Shown: in pieces, positions 1 to 9,938 of the stretch | Numbering within the stretch: the stretch's first letter is position 1 | Layout: every line of letters starts with the position of its first letter | Virus record (IMG/VR): IMGVR_UViG_3300020390_000003 | Span: 8,458 to 72,457 of that record | Strand: one strand, 5' to 3' | DNA: 64,000 nucleotides | Source: a virus | Made by a program: the position numbers and the translations under genes | The notes under the pieces: generated by a model | Told to the model about the DNA's origin: nothing | Database searches by the model: none | Seen by the model: only the letters and a program-made list of their open reading frames with translations

Positions 1-196
1 TTATAGAGACGCCTGATGCGTATTGGTACATATTAAATCCCAGGTATATCAATAAGTTGTGGAGTGTCAAGGAGTTTAAGGAGGTAAAGAAAAAAGGCGA
101 TGATAAAAATAAATCTGCCGAATGAGTTTTTTTGTTGCGTAGTTTATACTAAGTTTGTATTCAACTTATATTAATTAATACTAAAAACTCAGAATT

Positions 197-241
197 ATGA
201 CAGGTGTTATCATTAAGATTATCGAGACAATTTTCGGGTAA
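197..241 (+). CDS. Putative 14-aa hydrophobic peptide (MTGVIIKIIETIFG)
   Basis: ATG at 197 after an A-rich leader; TAAGTTTG (-7 like) at 150-157. Confidence 0.3.
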   Translation: MTGVIIKIIETIFG

Positions 242-375
242 TCGCAGAAAAGTTAAAGACGTAGTTAAAAACACTGTTCCCCGTTAATGGTAAGTATGGT
301 CGGGGCGGACGCAACAGAGCCAAACAAAAACCTTAAACATACTAGCTGAGATTAGTGACTCAGGTCTTTTAAAAC

Positions 376-448
376 ACTTCGGTAGCTCAGTTGGTAGAGC
401 AGCGGTCTCCAAAACCGTAGGTCGTAGGTTCGAGTCCTTCCCGTTGTG
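376..448 (+). tRNA. tRNA-Trp(CCA), with stem mismatches
   Basis: TAGCTCAGTTGGTAGAGC D arm; anticodon arm GCGGT-CTCCAAA-ACCGT; GGTTCGAGTCC T arm; two T-T mismatches in the acceptor stem and one in the T stem. Confidence 0.85.
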
Positions 449-585
449 CATACTTAGAGAGAGCGAAAGCGGATCATTGGCATAGATGCGATGAAGTAAG
501 TAGCGCAGAGAAAAGATACCGGGAATTATGCGCCCGGCATCACATTAAACAATCGGGAAACATAACAACTTTTATTACTTAACAA

Positions 586-2058
586 ATGGAAAAACAAACT
601 TTCATTACTACCCTAGGGGCTTTGGACGCCCAATTCAGATTTGACGAAACATATTGTGAAAAGGTTTCTGAAGCATTAGGCTATGAAGATGGCAAGATGT
701 ATAACAACGGTGTGCTGGTTGAAACCCTTATCAATCTTTTAGCAAGCGGCGTGGACCACGAGGTTGATCACGAAGATGCAGATGCGCTTATTCGCGAGTA
801 TATGTATGAGTGTGATTTTGGCAAGGCTCCCAATGCGCGTATTAGAAATGCTGAAGATTTGTGGAACATATTCCACGTTGGCGACAAAGTAGCAGAGCAG
901 AAACTAAAATCATCAATAGAAACCATTGGTGATTGGGAAGTGGCGCGAGTAGGTAAGCCATACTTGGAGCAAGCTAAACTTAGATGCCCGGATTTTAATG
1001 CTAATGAGCAAGTGCTTTTGGCCATTATTATCGAGTACCAAGACTGGTACAAAAGCTGCAAAGATGCTGATATACCTGGTGATTTTTTAGATTTCATTCC
1101 AGAATTGAGTAAGAAATATTTCTTAAGTAAAACTCACAGTGAAGAAAACCCTTCTCCCTATCCTGCTATTTATGCGGAGTTATCAAATGTGATTGAAAAG
1201 CATAAGCATTTGATCGAGAACAAAGCGCCTATGGAGGACGTTGAGCATTTAGAGGAATTGATATCCCATTATTTTGATGCGGCAAAATCGACTGCTTACG
1301 CAGATTATGACAAGATGTGGGAGTTTATTAAGCGTGGTATTAATGCTGATGTAGAAGCTATGCCGAAAAAATCTGCAGATGAGATTGCGCAGATGCTAAA
1401 GCCAAAATCAAAAACACCGATAGCAGATAGCTTAGATGATAAGAACCATCTTAAACAGGCTATTGAGGAATTTGAAAAGAAAAATCCACATTTTTTTATA
1501 GCTGAAAAATCAGTGAGAGAAAAGCTGTTTGATGCTTTTGAAGGTGAGACTGTAAGAGTTGTTTGCGATAGAGCTTTCCTAGATAAGATAAATACGTCAG
1601 GATTAGGAAAGTTAAAATCTATTGAAAAGTTTGAAACCAAAACTAAAATCCACTTCGCCTTATTCAACAAGACGTATCAAGAAGGTGCTTTAGAAGAATT
1701 TCCAAGCGTTAAAAAACCTCAATCTGAGTTTAATGGATTTGCTAAGAAGTTTGAAGGTGATAAGGAAGTGAAATCAGTCGAAGAATATCCTTTAATTGAC
1801 CTTTCAAACTATCCATTCTTAAAATGCAAAGATCAATCGTATAAACACGGGGATTACGCGACTATTTTCAAAGATGAAATCGACGGGAAAAAAGTTTTGA
1901 TTGAGTTCAACCTACACGGTTTTATAGCTTCAGATATTAGCAATGCAGTAAGTTTTATGAAAAATGATGTTATGCCTACTGCTTCCAGAGCAGCGCTTAA
2001 TCACTTTTTACGAAGATCAATAGTACGAATCAAAATCACACCCAATGAGCAATCCTAA
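586..2058 (+). CDS. Hypothetical phage protein (490 aa)
   Basis: Long ORF with A-rich start, no recognisable motif. Confidence 0.75.
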   Translation: MEKQTFITTLGALDAQFRFDETYCEKVSEALGYEDGKMYNNGVLVETLINLLASGVDHEVDHEDADALIREYMYECDFGKAPNARIRNAEDLWNIFHVGDKVAEQKLKSSIETIGDWEVARVGKPYLEQAKLRCPDFNANEQVLLAIIIEYQDWYKSCKDADIPGDFLDFIPELSKKYFLSKTHSEENPSPYPAIYAELSNVIEKHKHLIENKAPMEDVEHLEELISHYFDAAKSTAYADYDKMWEFIKRGINADVEAMPKKSADEIAQMLKPKSKTPIADSLDDKNHLKQAIEEFEKKNPHFFIAEKSVREKLFDAFEGETVRVVCDRAFLDKINTSGLGKLKSIEKFETKTKIHFALFNKTYQEGALEEFPSVKKPQSEFNGFAKKFEGDKEVKSVEEYPLIDLSNYPFLKCKDQSYKHGDYATIFKDEIDGKKVLIEFNLHGFIASDISNAVSFMKNDVMPTASRAALNHFLRRSIVRIKITPNEQS

Positions 2059-2314
2059 CACCCCATTATTAAAATTCATTCCGGTAAAGAGTTCGCAGCT
2101 TAAAGAAGTGGCTTATGATACTGCGAGTGAAACTTTGTATGTACGCTTTCATAACACGGGCAAAGTGTATAGTTATTCGCCGGTATCGCAAGAGAAATTT
2201 GACGGATTACTGGCTGCAGATAGCGTAGGTAAATATTATCACGCGCACATACGCAAGGCCGTTACCGGAAAACAAGAGAACCCGGAAAAATTCAAGACTA
2301 ATATCAAATACTAG
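2045..2314 (+). CDS. KTSC domain protein
   Basis: PVKSSQLKEVAYD...LYVRFH..G.VYSY..V....FDGLLAADSVGKYYHAHIR matches the KTSC pattern. Confidence 0.85.
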   Translation: MSNPNTPLLKFIPVKSSQLKEVAYDTASETLYVRFHNTGKVYSYSPVSQEKFDGLLAADSVGKYYHAHIRKAVTGKQENPEKFKTNIKY

Positions 2315-2318
2315 GATT

Positions 2319-2954
2319 ATGAACACAGAAACAGTAGGTACAGGAAAAGCAAGTTTTCAAGAATATAGAAGGTCAGCCATAGCTGAAATGAGGCCGGTTA
2401 CGAAAGAGGATAGAGAAAACTTTAATGGGAACGGTGAGCTTAAATTCATATCTGATTTAGGATGGTACACAGTATCTATTTCGGAACAGGATTTGAAAAA
2501 CGGCTCTCCTAAAATTGGCGATATGATTGCCCGAAACCCTAAAAACTACCTTGACCAATGGTTAGTATCTGAGCAATATTTCAAAGATAACTTTATTGGT
2601 AAAGAAGGTCCTTCTGAAAACCTTTCATTCGGTGCGGCCATCGAAGCATTAAAGCAAGGTAAGCGCGTACAACGCTCCGGATGGAATGGTAAAGGGCTAT
2701 TCATTTTTATGCAGGTGCCTAGCGAAGTGCCAATGGAAGTTGTTCCAAAAATGAGCAGTTTGCCTCAGTCAGTAAAAGACGAATTTGAACGCCGATTTAC
2801 TTCCGGAGAAAAAAGAGAAGGCGTAGATCCTATCGAAAACAATACCATCAAGTACAAAAATCAGCTTGCGATGGTATATCCTGATAACAAAATTTATGGT
2901 TGGGTAGCAAGTCCAAGTGATGTGCTAGAAGAAGATTGGGTAATCCTTGATTAA
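2319..2954 (+). CDS. DUF2829 / Tad2-like protein (putative anti-defence nucleotide sponge) with an extra N-terminal domain
   Basis: LSFGAAIEALKQGKRVQRSGWNGKG...GWVASPSDVLEEDW signature. Confidence 0.75.
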   Translation: MNTETVGTGKASFQEYRRSAIAEMRPVTKEDRENFNGNGELKFISDLGWYTVSISEQDLKNGSPKIGDMIARNPKNYLDQWLVSEQYFKDNFIGKEGPSENLSFGAAIEALKQGKRVQRSGWNGKGLFIFMQVPSEVPMEVVPKMSSLPQSVKDEFERRFTSGEKREGVDPIENNTIKYKNQLAMVYPDNKIYGWVASPSDVLEEDWVILD

Positions 2955-3667
2955 TGCAATGCCTGTATTGTGATACAGCCATTACTTCAGAGGATGAAGC
3001 GGTGCGCTTAGGAGAAAGCAATTTGCGCTTATGCGTACCGTGTAACAACAGATTTCAAATTATGAAAAAAGCAAAAGACACCATTACAGGAAATTTACCG
3101 GCCAAAGATCGCCTTGACAATTATGTGAAGCACGAGAATGGCGCCGTATTCCTATTAACCGAAAATACACGCGAGAAAGGCAAGGTCTTTTTAGTAAGCA
3201 GCAAGTACAAATTTCATAGCGTAAGCCTTCAAAGCATCAAGCAAGGACTTGTTGACGGCAAATGGCGCTATGTGAATGAGCACGAGGTTCGCAAGTTTGA
3301 TGATGAGTATATTGAAAACGTAAATGCTATTGTACAAAAGGTACTCAAACACGTGATCGCAGCCGAATTATTAATGTCGGTTGATGCAGATTTAGACGCG
3401 CAGGAAATAGGTGATCGTTATTTTAGAAGCTTGCTTGCGAAATCTAATAAGCACGCTGAGCGTATCGCTAACAAGCACGTAGATAATATCTATGAAGCAG
3501 ACCCCGAAATGTTTAATCACATTATGCGCACGCTAGAACAGCAGGTGACGTTGATCGCCGGCCTTCAGCTAGAGGATATTCCTTATTTCGCGCAGTACAC
3601 CAAGAAGTTTTTTGAAGATCCTAAAGCGTTTAGGACTGATGATGTAGAATTTAATACCGAAGTGTGA
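2954..3667 (+). CDS. Hypothetical protein with N-terminal CxxC..CxxC zinc ribbon
   Basis: CLYC...CVPC; translationally coupled to the upstream gene. Confidence 0.65.
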   Translation: MQCLYCDTAITSEDEAVRLGESNLRLCVPCNNRFQIMKKAKDTITGNLPAKDRLDNYVKHENGAVFLLTENTREKGKVFLVSSKYKFHSVSLQSIKQGLVDGKWRYVNEHEVRKFDDEYIENVNAIVQKVLKHVIAAELLMSVDADLDAQEIGDRYFRSLLAKSNKHAERIANKHVDNIYEADPEMFNHIMRTLEQQVTLIAGLQLEDIPYFAQYTKKFFEDPKAFRTDDVEFNTEV

Positions 3668-4122
3668 TGAACATACTTTCCCTTGATTTAGCAACGACAA
3701 CCGGATGGTCCTATAATCAACCTTCAATTAACGGAGGTGTTTGGGATTTAAGTCAGAAAAAAGGCAGCAGCGCCGGAATGAAACTCATCAAACTCAGATC
3801 ATTTCTACAAGACTTTTTGAACACCGTTGGTCAGATAGATTTGATTGTTTATGAAAAGCCGGCAGGTAGATTTATTAATGGCGTTATAAGCGTAGCCGAA
3901 TTGGTTGCTGTGGTTAAAACGTTCTGTGAGGATAATAAAATCGATTACACTTCTTACCGTCCTACCGAGGTTAAAAAGTGGGCTACCGGAAAAGGAAACG
4001 CCAATAAAGATAAAATGCTTGCTGAGGCGAAAAACCGATGGCCAAGTATTCATATCATCGACGATAACCAAGCAGATTCAATGCTTATGCTAGCAATGAC
4101 TCAAGAAGAATATTCATTATGA
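3664..4122 (+). CDS. RuvC-like Holliday junction resolvase
   Basis: ILSLDLATTTGW, IVYEK, PTEVKKWATGKGNANKDKM, DNQADS motifs. Confidence 0.85.
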   Translation: MMNILSLDLATTTGWSYNQPSINGGVWDLSQKKGSSAGMKLIKLRSFLQDFLNTVGQIDLIVYEKPAGRFINGVISVAELVAVVKTFCEDNKIDYTSYRPTEVKKWATGKGNANKDKMLAEAKNRWPSIHIIDDNQADSMLMLAMTQEEYSL

Positions 4123-4316
4123 AAATAGAAACGGAATATGATTTTGGTGATGAAGTTTATTTAACAACTGACCCTGATCAAGACAAGCATATAATTACCG
4201 GATTCACGGTGCGTAAAGGTCAAATTCTGTACGGATGCACATTTTGCAATAGAGAAAATTGGCATTATGATTTTGAATTGATCAGAGAACGAGATATGGT
4301 ATTAAAAACTTCTTAG
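4119..4316 (+). CDS. Hypothetical phage protein
   Basis: Coupled ORF in operon. Confidence 0.6.
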   Translation: MKIETEYDFGDEVYLTTDPDQDKHIITGFTVRKGQILYGCTFCNRENWHYDFELIRERDMVLKTS

Positions 4317-4652
4317 ATGATAGCACAAATTGCAATTATGATTTTAGGTTCTGCGGCTATATGGTTTGTAGGTCGCAAAGAACAATGGAAACGGTGGGGA
4401 TATATCTTAGGATTAATCGGGCAACCCTTTTGGTTTTACACCGCTTACACAAATGAGCAATGGGGAATTTTAATAATGTGCTTATTCTACACCTATTCTT
4501 GGGTTCAAGGCATTTACAATTACTGGATTAAAAAACCTGTATCGCGCATTTCAAATGAATTTGACAATCAAATTCATTGTACTTGTGAGGATATTGTAAA
4601 TGGCAAGTCAACTTCTGGCTATTGTGCTAAACATCACACTACTTGGATATGA
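4317..4652 (+). CDS. Small membrane protein (PnuC-like fragment)
   Basis: Three hydrophobic segments, WGYILGLIGQPFW...GIYNYW. Confidence 0.55.
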   Translation: MIAQIAIMILGSAAIWFVGRKEQWKRWGYILGLIGQPFWFYTAYTNEQWGILIMCLFYTYSWVQGIYNYWIKKPVSRISNEFDNQIHCTCEDIVNGKSTSGYCAKHHTTWI

Positions 4653-4876
4653 TCTACCACTACCACCCCATTTTAGGATTGCAGTATTATTGTGAAGATT
4701 TCATTGTGATTGATTTGAATGCAATACCTCAAAACCCTCCGATGAGTATTGAAGAAGCTTTGTATTTAGTAAAAGCACAAGGCATTCAAATTGTTAATTC
4801 AAGTTTGAAACCGGCAATTGATTTTTTTGTTTCAATCAAAACCAACGCAATATCAACTTTTAATAATCTATTTTGA
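4643..4876 (+). CDS. Hypothetical protein
   Basis: ORF in operon. Confidence 0.5.
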   Translation: MDMIYHYHPILGLQYYCEDFIVIDLNAIPQNPPMSIEEALYLVKAQGIQIVNSSLKPAIDFFVSIKTNAISTFNNLF

Positions 4877-5517
4877 TGGTAGTTTATCAAATAACAAACA
4901 AAATAAACTTAAAAATATATATAGGGTGTGCTGTGAATTATCAAGAAAGAATAAGGCAGCACAAAACTTGCAAATTTAAAGGCGCTTTACTTCTTCACAA
5001 GGCTTTTTTAAAATATGGAATAGAAAATTTTGAATTTAAAATCATTAAAAAATTTAGTTCTAAAGACGAAATGTTAGAAGGAGAAATTGAAGCTATAAAA
5101 AATAAAAATTCAATTTCTCCTAATGGCTACAATTTACATTATGGAGGAAAAGGAGGTAAAATAAAACTAACACCTGAACAACAACAAGCTAGAAGTATTC
5201 ATTATAAAAATTTGTCTAAAGGAAATATAGGAAACACCTATGGATTAGGTTATAAATGGACTAAAGAGCAACGAGATAACCTGAGCAAAGCCACTAAAGG
5301 AAAGACGATATCTGAATCTACTAAAAAGAAAATGTCAAAAGCTATGCTGGGAAACACTAGATCTAAAGGTGTTGTTAGAAGTGAAGAATATAAATCCAAG
5401 ATGTCTGAGTCTTTAAAGGGTAGAATTTTCACAGAAGAACATAAAAAAGCAATATCTGAGTCTGCAAAGAAAAGAGTCACTAAGTCAAAAAGAAATGAAA
5501 AAGGACAATTTATTTAA
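4876..5517 (+). CDS. GIY-YIG homing endonuclease with NUMOD3-like repeats
   Basis: VYQITNKINLKIYIG, ERIRQH, NGYNL, repeated SE.TKKKMS motifs. Confidence 0.9.
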   Translation: MVVYQITNKINLKIYIGCAVNYQERIRQHKTCKFKGALLLHKAFLKYGIENFEFKIIKKFSSKDEMLEGEIEAIKNKNSISPNGYNLHYGGKGGKIKLTPEQQQARSIHYKNLSKGNIGNTYGLGYKWTKEQRDNLSKATKGKTISESTKKKMSKAMLGNTRSKGVVRSEEYKSKMSESLKGRIFTEEHKKAISESAKKRVTKSKRNEKGQFI

Positions 5518-5550
5518 CAAACAACTTCACGAATTTTTAAAATCATTGTA

Positions 5551-5853
5551 ATGAACCTCTTAGGTAAAAAAATATTAGCAGAAGTACTTCCGTCTGAGTC
5601 TAAGACTGAAAACGGCGTGATCATTCCTGACAAGCTCAATTTAGAAAAACATCGTGCCGAAATTGTACAAGTTGGTCCTGATGTAAAATATTACCGTGTA
5701 GGCCAGGTGATACAATTCAATCAACATTCAGCGCATTATTATCCTGTGCGCGGTACTGAGTGTGTTTTTCTTAGAGAAGATCAAGATGTTATCGCTCTTG
5801 TTTCAGAGAGTCTAGCAGCGTATCGTTCCACAAGTGATGCCGGTACTTCTTAG
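5551..5853 (+). CDS. GroES/Cpn10-like co-chaperonin
   Basis: LLGKKILAE..SESKTENGVIIPD, VQVGPDV, FLREDQDVIA. Confidence 0.8.
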   Translation: MNLLGKKILAEVLPSESKTENGVIIPDKLNLEKHRAEIVQVGPDVKYYRVGQVIQFNQHSAHYYPVRGTECVFLREDQDVIALVSESLAAYRSTSDAGTS

Positions 5854-6454
5854 GCTGCGTTTTAGTTTGGCGCATCATTTTAGTCAATAGCTTGTTGCGC
5901 TCATTATCGGCTTTTGTAGCTTCGGGATCATTAAACGGATTGGTATAACTATTCGGGTTTACCGTTTTCTCACCGCCTAGATACTGGTAATATTCCTTAA
6001 CGATTTTCTGAGCACGGTCAGTAAGTTGGTAAATATTGCTAGAAGCATTATTGCGATGATGCACCGCCACTTCGATATAATCAAGATCCATTAACGTATT
6101 GAGATAATACCCCATAGACCGTATGGGCAGCGCTTTAAAATCTTTGATTGTAAAATACTGTATTGGGAACAAGTATAACAAGACGTCTAATTCGACGTCT
6201 TTTTTTATGCGGTACTTCCGCAAGATGTAAGGCCGTACCACAATATTAAACTGCAGCAAGTCTCGGCCGGCGGTAAAAATCAAATTCTGCGCTTTGTCTC
6301 GGCGCGAGTATTTCGCTTTAGCATACGCCGCATTTGTAGATGGCGTTACATTAACCCCGTGCTGCTGCGCCACTTTTTTAGTTTTATCACTCAATACTTC
6401 TTTAGCGGCACCTGTGATAGTGACCTTCTTAACTTTTGGACCACGTTTTCCCAT
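5789..6454 (-). CDS. Putative winged-helix DNA-binding protein
   Basis: ELDVLLYL...LMDLDYIEV....NIYQLTDRAQKIV resembles a MarR-type wHTH. Confidence 0.55.
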   Translation of the reverse strand: MGKRGPKVKKVTITGAAKEVLSDKTKKVAQQHGVNVTPSTNAAYAKAKYSRRDKAQNLIFTAGRDLLQFNIVVRPYILRKYRIKKDVELDVLLYLFPIQYFTIKDFKALPIRSMGYYLNTLMDLDYIEVAVHHRNNASSNIYQLTDRAQKIVKEYYQYLGGEKTVNPNSYTNPFNDPEATKADNERNKLLTKMMRQTKTQPKKYRHHLWNDTLLDSLKQER

Positions 6455-6469
6455 TACATAAAATTTATA

Positions 6470-6556
6470 CCAAATATAAGTTTAAGCAGCTAATCATATA
6501 AATTTAATTTATATTTTTGTTGTATTAAATAGAATTTAACTATTAATTACCGCGTT
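6470..6556. promoter_or_regulatory. Divergent promoter pair
   Basis: TATTTTTG (+) at 6512-6519 and TATATTTG (-) at 6470-6477, both matching the Bacteroidota -7 TAnnTTTG element. Confidence 0.6.
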
Positions 6557-9500
6557 ATGCCGCTAACACCAAATATTCCCGGAGGTCAACCAAAACTAGA
6601 ATCAACCGTTACCGGACTTACAGACGGAAAAGACCAGCAATTTGAGGTAGCCAAACTCATACAATTGATCAATGAAGCTAATGATGTAAAGCTGCTTAAC
6701 TTCAAATTTTCTAATGGAAGCATACCAGATGTAAACGCTACAACACCGGGATATATGTTTACTGATGCGGCATTAGCAACCGAAGTAACAGAAATTCGTT
6801 TGAATAAAATTAGCGCTCAAGATGAAAGCATATCTGAATTACTTGATTTCATTGAAGCTAATTTTGCAAGAATAGTGCTTAAGTTTTCTAAGCAAGATAA
6901 CAGCAATGTCATTTTTCAGTACAAAATTACTGCGGTAGCTGATTTTGAAAATTACAAAACCTTTACAGTAACTCCATTAAATGCCATCCCAGCAATTGAG
7001 TTTTTAAATGGAAGTATTTACAAGTTTACCGCAGACAGCGCTACCCTTCAAAAGTTAAGCGAATTAGAAGATGATGTTGAGTTATCTAATAGAACACTTT
7101 CAGGAGGGTATGAAGGCACTACACAAGACGTTGTTAATGAAGCGCAGCGCATTGACAGTGTAAAACTTGAAAAAGGAAATTATACTGGTACAGCAGCAAC
7201 TTTAAAAGAACAAATTGACGGAATTGTTTTTGAAAGCGCAAAAACCTACGACACCTTACAAGATGCCATTGACTTTTATGCAGCTGCAGATCCAAAACCT
7301 GCAGACGGCACCGGTTTTAAGGTCTCAAAATTGACAGACCCTGCAAATGTCGGTAACTATACGTTTCAAAGTGGTGAAGCTAATGGGGTTAGGTTTGAGA
7401 GTAGTTTTGGTTTGACTGAATCAGACACAACCAACGACATTAATGTTGATGCTGTTGCCAACACGAAAGCGGTAAGGGATGGAATAACTTCAAGAAATCT
7501 ACTAAAAGACCCATACTATGAGGATTATCAAGACCCAGGTGGCACTTGGTATGACCTTCAAAACGGAAATGGAGTAACAGTATCAAATGGAGTTCTAACC
7601 CTTGATTCTTTAGTTGCCTCAAATGCTCAAATCGCTCAGACGGTAGCTGATATTCAAGAGGCTATAATTACAGATAAATACTTTTTCACACTACCTATTT
7701 ATGTACCTTCTGGCTACACTGGAGATTTAAGGGTTGATATTAAAGTTTTTGATGCCTCCACAAATTCAGATATAAATCATTTTATTTCCGAATATAAGGT
7801 AGGGGCTTGGAATTTTATACCTATTACGGGATTATGGAGTGATTCGGGAATTACAGATACTATGACGCAATTTAGGATTGCGATTTATTTGTATGAAGAG
7901 GATTTTTCGTTAAGACCTATATCATTATTTAGTGGTAAGGATGCAACTAATACCATTTACGCAGACCCTGACACTAAAATAAACACTAGGGATTATTATA
8001 ATTTAATTCCTGACAATACCTTTCAGGATGATATAACATATTTTCAAGCCGTACCTGCTTTTGGTACTCAAAACGTATCATTATCAAGGGCTACTGACCA
8101 TCCACACCAATATGGGCGATATTCATTAAAAGCATTAGGTATCAATGCTGCATCCACGAATAACTATGCGGGGATTTATCAAGATATAACCTCGATTGCA
8201 GAAGAAGGTGATATCTTGCAGTTCTATGGTCTTATATACACTGAAGGCGCGAGTACTTACCTGCAAAGAAGATTTAGGAACGCTTCAAATACCACTATTC
8301 AAGAAGTTGGTAATATATCCATAGCGCAAAATCAATGGGTCGAAGTATCATTTGAAGTTACCGTGCCTGCTAACGGTGTATATGCAAATTTCTTTGTAAG
8401 GAACTTCAATCAAAACGATTCAATCTATATCGCAGCGTGGGATTTACACCTTAAAAATCCCAAAGGTAAGGCTAAGATAACTTCAAAAAGACCATTAAAA
8501 ACCAAAGAGGATTTAGCTTACGTTTCCCCTACTGGTGACGATGATAATGATGGTACACTAGCTTCGCCATTTGCAACATTTGCTAGAGCTGCAAGTGCTA
8601 CGGCAAACAGCGCTTTTCCTAAAATTATTTTGCGAGAAGGCGATTACAGGGAAAAATTAGACTTTGGAAATTTTAGCGTTTTCACAAAAAAGGTGACTGT
8701 TACCAATTATAGGCTCGAAAAAGTCCGTTTCATGGGGTCATTATCTATTACAGGCTGGACAAAAACAACAGGATATACAAACGTATATGAGGCCACTTTA
8801 AGCAACGCTTTAACCCTGCACGGCTCAAATCTTAATAAGTATGTGATTTTTGAAGATGGTAACCCGAGTAAGCCAATTACAGAAAGTGAAAGGCATCCAT
8901 TACAAGCGGGATTAACACACCGTTTGCCTTATACTGAGCTTCTTAATGAAGATTTCGACACGGATCTAGGAACTACTTTAACGGCTTTGGATGCTTCTGG
9001 TGGAGGTCATTATCATGATACGGGGAACAATAAGATTTTTCTAGTTACTAGTGATAATGACAATCCTGAAACAAATGATTACTCTTATGAATATGCCTAT
9101 ACTTCGGTAGTTGCAAGCCCTACGATTGACAAACATCTAGACCTTGACCTAATAGGTATTGAAAGTTGGTATGCAAAGGGTAACGGTATGACACTAAGTA
9201 ACTTTAATAATATTACAAGAAAAAATTGCAGGGTTTTTGGTTCTACGTCTGACGGTTTTAAGGATAGTGTTAATAGACTTGTCGCATACAGGGATGAAGC
9301 AGCAGGTGTAGGTAATGACGGGCAAAACGGACACGTTTATGATGTTTCTGGATGGGAAGATTCCGACTTAAGACAAGGTGTAAATCAAGCGTACTATTTC
9401 AATTCATGGTGCCACGATAATTATGATGACGGTATGAGCCACCACGAACGCGGAGAAGTATTTACCTATGGCGGATTGTACGAGTATAACGGAGATAGGG

Positions 9501-9892
9501 GTATTGCACCTTCTAACTCCTGTATAATGGAGTGTCACCAACCGTTTGTCAGAAAAAATGGACAGTTAGTTGGTGTAGATGGAGGTACGGTAGGTCATGG
9601 ACTTAGTATTGTAAATGCGCCAGATGCAGGCGATGGAAGATACAACTCTTCATTAATAGCTTACGGGGCGCAACTTATTGAAAACACAGTAGGCGCAGCT
9701 ATTCAGAACACAGCAGGACATAAGATGATACTTGTTGACTGTGTAGCCAGAGAGAATACTTCTTATAACTACTCAGCAGATGAGGGTGAGATAATAGCCT
9801 ATAACTGTAAGTCCACACAATCAAGTGGAAACCATAAGGAAGAAGTAAATGGTGGAGCTGTAACAGTTATAAATGATAATACATTAACATGA
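6557..9892 (+). CDS. Tail spike/fibre with carbohydrate-binding-like modules and C-terminal beta-helix (depolymerase-like)
   Basis: NLL.DP.F / NLIPDNTF CBM-like starts; YVSPTGDDDNDGTLASPFAT..A; HDNYDDGMSHH beta-helix repeats. Confidence 0.75.
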   Translation: MPLTPNIPGGQPKLESTVTGLTDGKDQQFEVAKLIQLINEANDVKLLNFKFSNGSIPDVNATTPGYMFTDAALATEVTEIRLNKISAQDESISELLDFIEANFARIVLKFSKQDNSNVIFQYKITAVADFENYKTFTVTPLNAIPAIEFLNGSIYKFTADSATLQKLSELEDDVELSNRTLSGGYEGTTQDVVNEAQRIDSVKLEKGNYTGTAATLKEQIDGIVFESAKTYDTLQDAIDFYAAADPKPADGTGFKVSKLTDPANVGNYTFQSGEANGVRFESSFGLTESDTTNDINVDAVANTKAVRDGITSRNLLKDPYYEDYQDPGGTWYDLQNGNGVTVSNGVLTLDSLVASNAQIAQTVADIQEAIITDKYFFTLPIYVPSGYTGDLRVDIKVFDASTNSDINHFISEYKVGAWNFIPITGLWSDSGITDTMTQFRIAIYLYEEDFSLRPISLFSGKDATNTIYADPDTKINTRDYYNLIPDNTFQDDITYFQAVPAFGTQNVSLSRATDHPHQYGRYSLKALGINAASTNNYAGIYQDITSIAEEGDILQFYGLIYTEGASTYLQRRFRNASNTTIQEVGNISIAQNQWVEVSFEVTVPANGVYANFFVRNFNQNDSIYIAAWDLHLKNPKGKAKITSKRPLKTKEDLAYVSPTGDDDNDGTLASPFATFARAASATANSAFPKIILREGDYREKLDFGNFSVFTKKVTVTNYRLEKVRFMGSLSITGWTKTTGYTNVYEATLSNALTLHGSNLNKYVIFEDGNPSKPITESERHPLQAGLTHRLPYTELLNEDFDTDLGTTLTALDASGGGHYHDTGNNKIFLVTSDNDNPETNDYSYEYAYTSVVASPTIDKHLDLDLIGIESWYAKGNGMTLSNFNNITRKNCRVFGSTSDGFKDSVNRLVAYRDEAAGVGNDGQNGHVYDVSGWEDSDLRQGVNQAYYFNSWCHDNYDDGMSHHERGEVFTYGGLYEYNGDRGIAPSNSCIMECHQPFVRKNGQLVGVDGGTVGHGLSIVNAPDAGDGRYNSSLIAYGAQLIENTVGAAIQNTAGHKMILVDCVARENTSYNYSADEGEIIAYNCKSTQSSGNHKEEVNGGAVTVINDNTLT

Positions 9893-9938
9893 ACGCCCTA
9901 TACACAAATAACGTATTGATTGCTTAAATACATAAGAC

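Noticed and set aside
480-545. Additional tRNA gene
   Set aside because: Hairpins are present but there is no TTCRA T-loop or cloverleaf
4317-4652. NAD-salvage anti-defence pathway built on the PnuC-like protein
   Set aside because: Similarity is weak and no NadR/Nampt-type partner genes are in the window
6557-9892. Diversity-generating retroelement targeting the tail spike
   Set aside because: No reverse transcriptase and no template/variable repeat pair seen
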